Shown piece after piece: positions 54,137-63,459 of a stretch of 64,000 nt of DNA. The notes below the pieces were generated by a model that had not been told where the DNA came from, searched no databases, and was given only the letters and a program-made list of their open reading frames with translations. How positions within the stretch are numbered: position 1 is the stretch's first letter; each line of letters starts with the position of its first letter. Origin of the DNA: an uncultured Actinomycetes bacterium (GTDB lineage: Bacteria > Actinomycetota > JAICYB01); the NCBI GenBank assembly GCA_963766295.1, contig CAVXYW010000001.1, positions 196,364 to 260,363 of the forward strand. Reading direction: 5' to 3'. Made by a program: the position numbers and the translations under genes.

Positions 54137-55726
54137 TTAGAGAGTGGATTCGGGCTTGTAGGTGCCCCACTCTTCACGAAGAACACCGCACACCTCGCCG
54201 AGCGTGGCCATGCGACGGAAGGCTTCTTTCATCACTGGAAGCAGATTGTCTTTTCCTCTTGCTGTAGCTCGTACGTCCTCGAGGGCTTCCTTGACCGCCG
54301 CGTTGTCGCGTTCGGACCGAATGCGGTCGAGCTTGGCTACTTGTCGTTTGCCAATCGTCGGATCCAGCTTGAGGACCTCCGTCGGCTCTTCTTCAGCAAC
54401 GACGAAATCGTTTACGCCCACAACGACTTGCTCTGACGCCTCGATGCTCTTCACCTCGCGATAAGCGGCCTCTTCGATCTCGCGCTTCATCCAAGTGATC
54501 GACTCGACGGCACCTCCGCGATCAAGCACCTTTTCGAGAAGGTCCTTGGCTCGCTCCTCCACTTCGGCCGTGAGTTTTTCGATGTAGTACGACCCGGCCA
54601 AGGGGTCCACCGTGTCCGGGACACCTGTCTCGTGAGCCAAGATCTGCTGCGTCCGAAGGGCCAGGCGCGCTGAGGTGTCCGTGGGGAGACCGAGCGCCTC
54701 GTCCATGGAGTTCGTGTGAAGTGACTGCGTGCCCCCGAGAACGGCGGCCATCGCCTGGTAGGCCACTCGAACGACGTTGTTCTCGGGCTGTTGAGCCGTC
54801 AGCGTTGCGCCGTCGGTTTGTGTATGGAAGCGGAGCTTCAAAGCATTCGGAGAAGACGCCCCAAATCGATTGGCCATGATTTCGGCCCAGAGGCGGCGGG
54901 CGGCGCGAAACTTCGCAATCTCCTCGAAGAAGTTGTTGTGGCATCCCCAGAAGAACGAGAGCCGAGGTGCAAACTCCTCCACATCGAGACCTGCCGCAAG
55001 CGCGGCCTCGACGTACGCCACACCGTCGGCAAAAGTGAATGCGATCTCCTGAACGGCCGTGCAGCCCGCTTCCCGCATGTGATAGCCGGAGATCGAGATC
55101 GTGTTCCATCTCGGAATGTTCTTGGCGCAGTAAGCGAAGGTGTCGGTGATGAGCCTGAGCGCCGGCTTGGGCGGATAGATGAACGTGCCGCGCGCGATGT
55201 ACTCCTTGAGCACATCGTTCTGGATAGTTCCACCGAGCTTGGACGTGTCGGCGCCCTGACCCTCGGCAGCCAGCTCGTAGAGCAGCAGGAGCATCGCCGC
55301 AGGCGCATTGATGGTCATGGATGTCGTTACCTGCTCCATCGGGATCTGATCAAAGAGCGTCTTCATGTCCTCGACGGTGTCGATGGCCACGCCGACCTTG
55401 CCAACCTCAGTGGCGGCCATCGGATCGTCAGAATCGAAGCCCATCTGCGTCGGAAGATCGAAGGCCACCGACAGCCCCGTTTGGCCGTGGTCGAGCAGAT
55501 AACGGAAGCGCTTGTTGGTTTCCTCGGCTGTTCCGAAGCCGGCGTACTGACGCATGGTCCACAGACGGCCCCGGTACATCGTCGGCTGCACGCCGCGCAT
55601 GAATGGGAAGACCCCGGGCTCGCCTAGGCGCGACGGAAGATCGAGGCCTGCTACGTCCTCCTCGCTGTAAACGGGTTGGATCTCGATGTCCGAGGACGTC
55701 AGGCGAGGCTTTTCATCAGCTGCCAT
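54137..55726 (-). CDS. Methylmalonyl-CoA mutase-family catalytic (large, B12-domain-less) subunit
   Basis: Start at [60 protein letters not shown]. No cobalamin-binding domain in this polypeptide. Confidence 0.88.
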   Translation of the reverse strand: MAADEKPRLTSSDIEIQPVYSEEDVAGLDLPSRLGEPGVFPFMRGVQPTMYRGRLWTMRQYAGFGTAEETNKRFRYLLDHGQTGLSVAFDLPTQMGFDSDDPMAATEVGKVGVAIDTVEDMKTLFDQIPMEQVTTSMTINAPAAMLLLLYELAAEGQGADTSKLGGTIQNDVLKEYIARGTFIYPPKPALRLITDTFAYCAKNIPRWNTISISGYHMREAGCTAVQEIAFTFADGVAYVEAALAAGLDVEEFAPRLSFFWGCHNNFFEEIAKFRAARRLWAEIMANRFGASSPNALKLRFHTQTDGATLTAQQPENNVVRVAYQAMAAVLGGTQSLHTNSMDEALGLPTDTSARLALRTQQILAHETGVPDTVDPLAGSYYIEKLTAEVEERAKDLLEKVLDRGGAVESITWMKREIEEAAYREVKSIEASEQVVVGVNDFVVAEEEPTEVLKLDPTIGKRQVAKLDRIRSERDNAAVKEALEDVRATARGKDNLLPVMKEAFRRMATLGEVCGVLREEWGTYKPESTL

Positions 55727-55759
55727 GCTTCGATGGTAGAGCTTTATAGGGGAGGCGGA

Positions 55760-56137
55760 ATGGCCAGACGAGTACGACCGCGCGACCGGAGGGTGCAGCA
55801 GGGCGAGCACCCGGGACTTTCGCGTGAGATTGCAATCAGCAATCCAACCGTCGGAAGCGAAGGGATCTATGCGTCGGTCTTGGTCACTCCTCCCGGAGGA
55901 TCAACTCGCATGCATCACCACGGCGAATGCGAGACGTCGATCTACATCGTTTCAGGCCGCGCCAAGTTCACGTGGGGACCTACCGGCACAGAACACGAGC
56001 TGATAGCCGATCCCGGGGATTTCGTCTACATCCCCGCAGGCGAGGTGCACACGGAGTCGAACGTCTCGCTAACTGAGCCGCTCGAAGTAGTTGTAACCAG
56101 GAACTGTCCGGACTCGGTGACAATCGTCGTCGACTGA
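55760..56137 (+). CDS. Cupin-domain protein
   Basis: GGAGG precedes ATG 55760. [32 protein letters not shown]. Confidence 0.8.
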   Translation: MARRVRPRDRRVQQGEHPGLSREIAISNPTVGSEGIYASVLVTPPGGSTRMHHHGECETSIYIVSGRAKFTWGPTGTEHELIADPGDFVYIPAGEVHTESNVSLTEPLEVVVTRNCPDSVTIVVD

Positions 56138-56162
56138 CGGGCGGGCATGCGTTCCGCCTGAT

Positions 56163-57128
56163 TTGGGTACACCTCCCAGAGTGACGTTCGAGCGCGGCCT
56201 CACACGGGTCGGGGACCGCACTTACGCCTTCCTTCAGCCGGACGGCGGGTGGGGATGGTCCAACGCCGGTCTCATCGTCGGCGACGACGAAGCCGTCCTC
56301 GTCGATACCTTCATGGATCTCCCAAAGACCAAGGAACTCCTAGACGCGATCCGCACAGTTACCGACCGGCCGATACGAACCTTGGTCAACACCCATCACA
56401 ACGGCGACCACACCTGGGGGAACCAGCTCGTTGAAGGCGCGAAGATCGTGGGCCACCACCGTTGCCGGACGGAGATCATCACGGGAACGCAGCCGTCGAT
56501 GCTGGCTGCGCTGCAGTCGGCCGAAGGCGGCAACGGCGCCGTCGGATACATGAAGAAAGCGTTCAGCTCATTCGACTTCAACGGGATCACCGCCGTCCCA
56601 CCGACCGTAACCTTCGAAGACCGGCTCTGGCTTCATCCCGGTGGAGTTGGTGTCCGGCTCGAGTACTTCGGCCCGTGTCACACGCTCGGCGACATCGTTG
56701 CATTCGTTCCGGACGATCGCGTCCTGTTCGCGGGTGATCTCGCCTTCATCGGCTCGACGCCGCTCGTGTGGGAGGGGTCGCTCCTAAATTGGATCGACAC
56801 CGTTGATCGGATGCTCGCGCTGAAACCGAACGTGATCGTCCCAGGACACGGTCCGGTCACCGACGGAGAAGGGCTGAGGGCGATGCAGGGGTATCTCAGT
56901 CACCTTGTAACTCACGGTGCAGCCCTTAAAGACAAAGGTCTGTCGCCGATCGAGGCAGCCCGAGAGATTGACATCGGGAATTACTCGGAGTGGAAGGATC
57001 CTGAGCGGCTGGTCTTGAACCTTATGCGCTTGTGGCTCGAACTGGACGGGAAGCGGGCGACCGAGCGCATCAACGGTATGCAGGCCTTCGAGCAGATGGC
57101 TACGTTTGCCGGTGAACTGAACGCTTAG
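56163..57128 (+). CDS. MBL-fold metallo-hydrolase
   Basis: NAGLIVGDDEAVLVDT..VNTHHNGDHTWGN..PGHGP. Confidence 0.85.
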   Translation: MGTPPRVTFERGLTRVGDRTYAFLQPDGGWGWSNAGLIVGDDEAVLVDTFMDLPKTKELLDAIRTVTDRPIRTLVNTHHNGDHTWGNQLVEGAKIVGHHRCRTEIITGTQPSMLAALQSAEGGNGAVGYMKKAFSSFDFNGITAVPPTVTFEDRLWLHPGGVGVRLEYFGPCHTLGDIVAFVPDDRVLFAGDLAFIGSTPLVWEGSLLNWIDTVDRMLALKPNVIVPGHGPVTDGEGLRAMQGYLSHLVTHGAALKDKGLSPIEAAREIDIGNYSEWKDPERLVLNLMRLWLELDGKRATERINGMQAFEQMATFAGELNA

Positions 57129-57463
57129 GCGCCGTTGGCAGACGGATCGCGCACAGCGCGGCCCAAGAGGAGCTCGAGAGTTCGTGACTCGCCGCGCCAG
57201 TGCTCGCTGAGGATCGGCTCGGGAACGCGTCGCAGGAGCGTCCTCACTCCCACCGTCAGAACGAAGACGTCGTCGACCTGCCCGAGCAGGGGTATCCAGT
57301 CCGGAACGACGTCGAAGGGGACGGCGAGGTAGCCAGCGATCGCTATAAGACCACCGCGCACGAGGCGCGGAACACGATCGTCCCGGACGACCCGCCACAA
57401 CAAACGCAGGATGTCCGGAAGCGCGAAAACGAGATCGCGTGTTGATGCCTCTTTGGATGGCAC
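57125..57463 (-). CDS. DUF1232 (YkvA-family) membrane protein
   Basis: IAIAGYLAVPFDVVPDWIPLLGQVDDVFVL is typical of DUF1232. Confidence 0.75.
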   Translation of the reverse strand: MPSKEASTRDLVFALPDILRLLWRVVRDDRVPRLVRGGLIAIAGYLAVPFDVVPDWIPLLGQVDDVFVLTVGVRTLLRRVPEPILSEHWRGESRTLELLLGRAVRDPSANGA

Positions 57464-57480
57464 CTCGGGATATTACCCGG

Positions 57481-58440
57481 TCAACCCGGGGACCATGTCT
57501 CGAAGGACTGACGGACTCGTTGGATCCACCAATCGAGATCGGCACGTTCTTGCTCGCGTATCTCCGGAGCCGGGTTCTCGACGATGTCGATCGCCTTGTT
57601 CCAGCCCAGCCACATAAGCGCTCCGATGCACGCGAGATCCCAAGCCCTGGAGTCGAAGCGGTCTGCGGCGATCTCCCGGTAGTCGTCGACCACCTGCTCT
57701 CGAGTCGCATCGATGCGCGAGGCGGAGATGATCAGGTACCACGCTATATCGACGCTCGGCGGAGCGTTTCCAACGATCTCCCAATCGATGGCGACAACCT
57801 TCTCGTCGTTCAGTCCGAGGTTGTGCAGCCGGTAGTCCCCGTGGATGAGCGTCATAGGGTGCTTCTTCATCTCTTCGACCATCGGTGTGGGGTCGTCCAA
57901 CAGTCGACGCAGCACATCTGTGACATCGGATGGTGCGACGTCCCCGAACATCTCCCAGCCGCGCCGTTGAAGAGCCGGGATAGGAGAGACGTGGTCCGCG
58001 ACCGCAGTTCCTTTCGGAGTCATAACGACGTAGTGCTCCTGCAGGGAAAGACCCGGCACGTGCTCGCCCCAAAACTCAGCATGGAGCGCGTCAACGGCCG
58101 CGATCAGCCGGCGGCTCTGGTCGCGGCTTAGAACGCAGCCTTCCTCGAGCATCGAAACCGACTCGTCCCGCATCACACATATCCACTCGTCGCCCTGCTC
58201 CTCCATCGCGAGCATCGTGTGATCGATCTGGTCCGGGACGCGATCGAAAACTCCGCTTTGCCACGCATCGAATAGGTGAGACTTTCCACCGGCTGCGGCG
58301 ATCAGCCAATCGTTTGGAGTTATGTGCTTGATAACGACCGACGTTCCATCCGCGAGAACACCTCGCTCGAACTTAGCGCCTGTCCTGCCCCACTCACCGG
58401 CGAAGGGCTCTCGATCCTTGATGCCGTCCAGGATCGACAT
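57481..58440 (-). CDS. APH-like phosphotransferase
   Basis: LIHGDYRLHNLGL..VVAIDWEIVG; 319 aa. Confidence 0.8.
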   Translation of the reverse strand: MSILDGIKDREPFAGEWGRTGAKFERGVLADGTSVVIKHITPNDWLIAAAGGKSHLFDAWQSGVFDRVPDQIDHTMLAMEEQGDEWICVMRDESVSMLEEGCVLSRDQSRRLIAAVDALHAEFWGEHVPGLSLQEHYVVMTPKGTAVADHVSPIPALQRRGWEMFGDVAPSDVTDVLRRLLDDPTPMVEEMKKHPMTLIHGDYRLHNLGLNDEKVVAIDWEIVGNAPPSVDIAWYLIISASRIDATREQVVDDYREIAADRFDSRAWDLACIGALMWLGWNKAIDIVENPAPEIREQERADLDWWIQRVRQSFETWSPG

Positions 58441-58443
58441 CGG

Positions 58444-58560
58444 CTATGGACGAAACATTGGAGCTTCGCGAGCCTGACGCTCGCGCGCCTCGTTCGTCTC
58501 GCCGGTTTCGCAGAAGTGGACGAATCGCTTGGCGATCTTCTTCGCGTCTTCGAGATCCAT
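58444..58560 (-). CDS. Hypothetical 38-aa protein (MDLEDAKKIAKRFVHFCETGETNEARERQAREAPMFRP)
   Basis: Not in the ORF track because it is below the size cutoff. ATG lies 8 nt after the FAD-oxidase stop and is preceded by GGAGCGAG. Its TAG is 3 nt before the kinase ATG. Confidence 0.35.
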   Translation of the reverse strand: MDLEDAKKIAKRFVHFCETGETNEARERQAREAPMFRP

Positions 58561-58568
58561 CTCGCTCC

Positions 58569-59942
58569 CTATAGCGGCTTGATGTTCTGATTCAGGGTGA
58601 AAACGTTATCCGGGTCAAAGGACGTCTTCACCGCTTGGAGACGCTTGTAGTTCTCGGCACCGTAGCCGGCCACGATCCGTTCGTTGCCCTCATCTCCGAT
58701 GAAGTTCAGGTACACGTTGCCGCTGGCCCAGGGCTTCACTGCTTCACGAACGTCGTGTGCAAACTTTCGTGCGCGTTCGTCGTCCGATGGGTCGGCCCAC
58801 AGGCAGAAGGGGTGCACAACCCACGGCGCTTTCCGCCACGGGATCGGGTAGTCGGTGGTTGCTCGCGCCACCGCACCCCCCGCCGGAAAGACCACGTGCT
58901 GCGAAGGCGACGGCACGATGAGGTCGTCGGCGCACGCACAGAAGGCGTCGATCGCCTCGTCCGGCAGCGCGTCTAGGAACTCGGCCGACCAGTAGTTCCT
59001 GAACCCTGGAGGATCATCAATCGCCGAGTTGAGGTCCGCGTACGGCATCTCCGCGATCATGTGTCCCTCGGGGCGCAATGCGATTATCTGGTCCATCGAT
59101 GCTTTCGCATCGGCCTCTCCGCCGGCAAACGTGACGACTACGGCCGAGACCATCTGGTTGTAGAGACGTTCGACGTTGGGTTCCTCTTCAGGTCCCGTGA
59201 AGTAGAAGAAGCCTCCGTTGACTTCATCCGGCGCATGTTCGATGAAGTCGCGGTACGCGCGCAGAGTCTCGGCTCCCCTGTCCGCATCCCAGATGAAGAT
59301 CCCGAGCGTCGCGGTTGGCAGCTCGTACAGCTTGAAAGTGAACGACGTAGCGATACCGAAGTTGCCACCACCACCGTGAAGGGCCCAGAAGAGCTCGGGG
59401 TTGGAGTCATCACTCGCGCGCACGACGTTGCCGTCGGCCGTAACGAGCTCGACAGAGATCAGGTTGTCGCATGCGAGGCCGAACTTCCGGTCGAGCCACC
59501 CCGAGCCACCGCCCAGAGTGAAGCCTCCGACACCGGTGGTTGAGACCCGGCCCCCGGTGGTTGCCAGTCCGTGGGGCTCGCACGCGCGGTCGAGATCGCT
59601 CATCGTCGCGCCGCCGCCGACAACCGCGGTCCTGGCAACTGGGTCGACGGTCACTGAGTTCATCCGTCGCAGATCGATCACGATCCCGCCGTCGGTCAAA
59701 GACTTGCCGGCAACGCTGTGGCCGCCGCCGCGGACCGCGATCTCGAGAGAGCTATCCCGGCCGAAGCGGATCGCCTTTTGAACGTCGGCGACCGTCGCAC
59801 ACTGCGCTATCACGCTCGGTCGTCGATCGATCATCGTGTTGAACAACGTTCGAGCCTCGTCATAACCCGCGACGCCGGGCTCGATCACGGCGCCGGCAAA
59901 TCCATCCAGTAAGGAATCTATGGCCCCTCGATCGATATCCAT
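58569..59942 (-). CDS. FAD-linked oxidase (PCMH/BBE-like)
   Basis: AVRGGGHSVAG..FALHGGGGNFG..and a C-terminal BBE-like region (YLNF..YKRLQAVKTSFDPDNVF). Confidence 0.88.
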   Translation of the reverse strand: MDIDRGAIDSLLDGFAGAVIEPGVAGYDEARTLFNTMIDRRPSVIAQCATVADVQKAIRFGRDSSLEIAVRGGGHSVAGKSLTDGGIVIDLRRMNSVTVDPVARTAVVGGGATMSDLDRACEPHGLATTGGRVSTTGVGGFTLGGGSGWLDRKFGLACDNLISVELVTADGNVVRASDDSNPELFWALHGGGGNFGIATSFTFKLYELPTATLGIFIWDADRGAETLRAYRDFIEHAPDEVNGGFFYFTGPEEEPNVERLYNQMVSAVVVTFAGGEADAKASMDQIIALRPEGHMIAEMPYADLNSAIDDPPGFRNYWSAEFLDALPDEAIDAFCACADDLIVPSPSQHVVFPAGGAVARATTDYPIPWRKAPWVVHPFCLWADPSDDERARKFAHDVREAVKPWASGNVYLNFIGDEGNERIVAGYGAENYKRLQAVKTSFDPDNVFTLNQNIKPL

Positions 59943-59989
59943 CGCTCTCCCCTGTTAGTAGAAAACAGTCGGATTATCGACCCTTTGAT

Positions 59990-60841
59990 ATGTCGCGGGT
60001 GTCATGTAGGCGACTCGGGGCGGAGCGTCGGTATGCTTCGGTCGTGCTCACCGAATCAGACCGAAACCGCATACAAACGAAGGCCCGCGCGGCCATCGAC
60101 CAGATAACACTGCGGAGCGACCCGTGGTGGGGCTACCCGTTGTCCATCGCTACCTTCTTGACCGTGATGCTCGTCTACTCCACATGGGCCGGCCTGCAAA
60201 CGTCCGGCTACTTCGCGGAGCCGTACATCTCGCCGATCTTCTCGCCTTGCCTGGCCGCCAACTGCGAACACGCGACGTTCCGACTCATCGGTTCCTGGTG
60301 GATGGTTTCTCCGGCCCTCATCGTCATGCTGCTGCCGATCGGCTTCAGGCTGACCTGCTACTACTACCGGAAGGCTTACTACCGAGGAATGTTCTTCTCC
60401 CCGGCAGCGTGCGCCGTCCGAGAGCCCCCGATCGCGCTGGGCAAGCACGGCGAGACGAAGTTCCCGTTCATCCTTCAGAACCTCCACCGCTATTTCTTCT
60501 ATCTGATGATCGTGAACCTGGGCTTCCTTTATTACGACACTGTGAAAGCCTTCATGTTCCCCGACGGTTTCGGTATCGGTGTGGGGAGCTTGATATTCGT
60601 AGTGATGATCGCGACGATGACGCTGTACATAGCGTCGTGTCACTCATGCCGCCACGCCGTCGGCGGCCACACCGATCTGTTCTCGCGCTCACCGACGCGT
60701 TACAGGCTCTGGAAATTGGTTAGCCGGCTGAACCTCAATCACGGGCCGTACGCACTCGCGAGCCTTCTTTGGATCCCGGTCACCGATCTTTACGTTCGGC
60801 TTGTCGCCAATGGGACGATCACCGACTTCAGGATCCTTTAG
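59990..60841 (+). CDS. sdhC: Succinate dehydrogenase/fumarate reductase membrane anchor (Sdh1-type)
   Basis: Multi-TM protein immediately upstream of the flavoprotein and Fe-S subunits, the same order as the mycobacterial Sdh1 operon. Start is uncertain (59990 or GTG 60044). Confidence 0.65.
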   Translation: MSRVSCRRLGAERRYASVVLTESDRNRIQTKARAAIDQITLRSDPWWGYPLSIATFLTVMLVYSTWAGLQTSGYFAEPYISPIFSPCLAANCEHATFRLIGSWWMVSPALIVMLLPIGFRLTCYYYRKAYYRGMFFSPAACAVREPPIALGKHGETKFPFILQNLHRYFFYLMIVNLGFLYYDTVKAFMFPDGFGIGVGSLIFVVMIATMTLYIASCHSCRHAVGGHTDLFSRSPTRYRLWKLVSRLNLNHGPYALASLLWIPVTDLYVRLVANGTITDFRIL

Positions 60842-62650
60842 ATGCCGTCGTTCGAGACGCACAACTACGACGTCGTAGTCATCGGTGCCGGTGGAGCGGG
60901 GCTCCGTGCCGCTATCGAAGCGTCGGCGGCCGGCGTCAAGACCGCACTTGTTTGCAAGTCATTGTTGGGTAAGGCCCACACGGTTATGGCCGAGGGCGGA
61001 GTGGCCGCCGCTCTCGGCAACGTCTACCCCGAAGACAACTGGAAGGTGCACTTCCGCGACACGATGCGCGGAGGAAAGTTCCTCAACAACTGGCGCATGG
61101 CGCAGATCCATGCACAGGAAGCGCCCGATCGTGTTTGGGAGCTCGAGGAGTGGGGTGCGCTGTTCGACCGCACTCCCGACGGTCGCATCTTGCAGCGAGA
61201 CTTCGGCGGGCACCGCTACGCGCGGCTCGCCCACGTCGGCGACCGAACCGGCCTGGAGATGATCCGCACGCTCCAGCAGAACGCCGTCGGCACGGGACAG
61301 ATCGACGTGTTCATGGAGTGCACGATCACGCGGCTGCTCAACGATTCGAGCGGGCGCGTCTCGGGTGCCTTCGGCTACTGGAGGCCGTCCGGAGAATTCA
61401 TCGCTTTCAAGGCGAAGGCCGTAGTTCTCGCCACAGGCGGAATCGGGAAGGCGTGGAAGGTCACGTCCAACTCCTGGGAGTACACCGGAGACGGACATGC
61501 GATGGCGATGTGGGCGGGCGCGGACCTAATAGACATGGAGTTCGTCCAGTTCCACCCCACCGGAATGGTCTGGCCGCCGTCCGTGCGCGGGATCTTGGTT
61601 ACCGAAGGTGTGCGTGGTGACGGCGGCGTGCTTCGCAACTCCGTCGGTGATCGCTTCATGTTCAACTACATCCCCGATCTGTTCCGCAAGGAGACGGCGG
61701 AGACCGAGGAAGAGGCCGACCGCTGGCTCGCGAAGGATCGCGAGAACGCCCGCCGCACGCCCGATCTCTTGCCACGCGATGAGGTAGCGCGCGCTATCAA
61801 CTCCGAAGTTAGAGCCGGACGCGGCAGCCCGCACGGAGGCGTGTTCCTCGACATCGCCAGTCGACTCGACTCCGCAACGATTCAACGACGGCTGCCCTCG
61901 ATGTATCACCAGTTCAAAGAGCTCGCCGACGTCGACATAACCGCTGAGCCGATGGAGGTAGGTCCGACGTGCCACTACGTGATGGGAGGCATCAGGGTGG
62001 ACGCCGATACGACCGCCGCGACAGTGCCCGGACTGTTCTCTTCCGGAGAGTCCGCGGCCGGACTGCATGGCGCTAACCGCCTTGGTGGCAACTCACTTTC
62101 GGACCTTCTTGTCTTCGGCAAGAGATCCGGCGAGTACGCCGCTCAATATGCGCATGGACGCGAAGGCGATCCACAGATAGACGAAAGTCAGCTCGTGGAC
62201 CTCGAGCGCGAAGCCTTGGCGCCGTTCACTCACGTCGATGGGGAGAACCCATTCGAGGTCCATCACGACCTGCAGGAAACGATGCAGACCCTGGTCGGGA
62301 TCATCCGCACCGAGAGCGATCTGGCCAAAGCCATGGATGAGCTCACAACGCTCAGAGATAGAGCGTCCAAGGTGCGCATCACCGGCTCCCGTACCTACAA
62401 CCCCGGATGGCACATGGCGCTCGATCTCCAAGCGATGCTCACGGTGTCCGAGTGCTGCGCGCGCGCGGCCTTCGAACGCAAGGAGAGCCGCGGCGGCCAT
62501 ACCCGGGACGACTACCCGGCTCCCGACAGCGCCTTCGCGAAGGTGAACATCGCTTGCCGCATCGGACCGGACGGGATGACCACAGCACAAGAGCCTCTGC
62601 CCGAAGTGCCAGACGAACTGCAAAAGATCCTCGACGAGGAGCCGACGTAA
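60842..62650 (+). CDS. sdhA: Succinate dehydrogenase/fumarate reductase flavoprotein subunit
   Basis: VVVIGAGGAGLRAA..AHTVMAEGG..FHPTG..HYVMGG..RLGGNSL..ESRGGHTR. Confidence 0.93.
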   Translation: MPSFETHNYDVVVIGAGGAGLRAAIEASAAGVKTALVCKSLLGKAHTVMAEGGVAAALGNVYPEDNWKVHFRDTMRGGKFLNNWRMAQIHAQEAPDRVWELEEWGALFDRTPDGRILQRDFGGHRYARLAHVGDRTGLEMIRTLQQNAVGTGQIDVFMECTITRLLNDSSGRVSGAFGYWRPSGEFIAFKAKAVVLATGGIGKAWKVTSNSWEYTGDGHAMAMWAGADLIDMEFVQFHPTGMVWPPSVRGILVTEGVRGDGGVLRNSVGDRFMFNYIPDLFRKETAETEEEADRWLAKDRENARRTPDLLPRDEVARAINSEVRAGRGSPHGGVFLDIASRLDSATIQRRLPSMYHQFKELADVDITAEPMEVGPTCHYVMGGIRVDADTTAATVPGLFSSGESAAGLHGANRLGGNSLSDLLVFGKRSGEYAAQYAHGREGDPQIDESQLVDLEREALAPFTHVDGENPFEVHHDLQETMQTLVGIIRTESDLAKAMDELTTLRDRASKVRITGSRTYNPGWHMALDLQAMLTVSECCARAAFERKESRGGHTRDDYPAPDSAFAKVNIACRIGPDGMTTAQEPLPEVPDELQKILDEEPT

Positions 62651-63459
62651 TGGCGATGACGCGACCGCGCGGACTCGAGCAGTGGGCCGACGAGCACACT
62701 GTCACCGGCACACAGGTCGCGAGGTTGCGCGTGTGGCGCGGCGACGAACGGGGCGGATCCATCGAGGAGTTCGATGTTCCCTACGAAGAGGGCGAGGTCG
62801 TTCTCGACGTCCTACACCGGCTGCAGGCGACGCAGACTCCCGACTTGGCCGTCCGGTGGAACTGCAAAGCCGGTAAGTGCGGATCTTGCTCGGCCGAGAT
62901 CAACGGGAAACCGCGGCTCACGTGCATGACGCGGATGAACCTCTTCGACGTAGGTGAGCCGATAACCGTCACGCCGATGCGGACGTTCCCGATCATCAAG
63001 GACCTCGTCACCGACGTTTCTTTCAACTACGAGGTCGCCAAGCAGATCCCGCCGCTCAGGCCGAAGGCTCCGGAGGGTGAGGACGGCCACCACCGGATGT
63101 TCCAGCAGGACATCGACCGCGGACAGGAGTTCCGCAAATGCATCGAATGCTTCCTGTGCCAGAACGTCTGCCACGTGATCCGAGACCACGACGAGAACAA
63201 GACGTACTTCGCCGGGCCGCGGTTCTTCATCCGATTGGCCGAGTTGGAGATGCACCCCTTGGACACGATGGACCGACGGGACATCTCCCAGGATCAGTTC
63301 GGCCTTGGTTATTGCAACATCACGAAGTGCTGCACCGAGGTCTGTCCGGAGCACATCAAGATCACCGACAACGGGATCATTCCGTTGAAGGAACGCGTGG
63401 CCGATGCGAAGTACGATCCGATCGCGTTCTTGATCAGGAAGATCCGCCGAAAGCGCTGA
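62650..63459 (+). CDS. sdhB: Succinate dehydrogenase/fumarate reductase iron-sulfur subunit
   Basis: TAATG overlap with sdhA. CKAGKCGSCSAEINGKPRLTC, CIECFLCQNVC, CNITKCCTEVCP. Confidence 0.9.
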   Translation: MAMTRPRGLEQWADEHTVTGTQVARLRVWRGDERGGSIEEFDVPYEEGEVVLDVLHRLQATQTPDLAVRWNCKAGKCGSCSAEINGKPRLTCMTRMNLFDVGEPITVTPMRTFPIIKDLVTDVSFNYEVAKQIPPLRPKAPEGEDGHHRMFQQDIDRGQEFRKCIECFLCQNVCHVIRDHDENKTYFAGPRFFIRLAELEMHPLDTMDRRDISQDQFGLGYCNITKCCTEVCPEHIKITDNGIIPLKERVADAKYDPIAFLIRKIRRKR

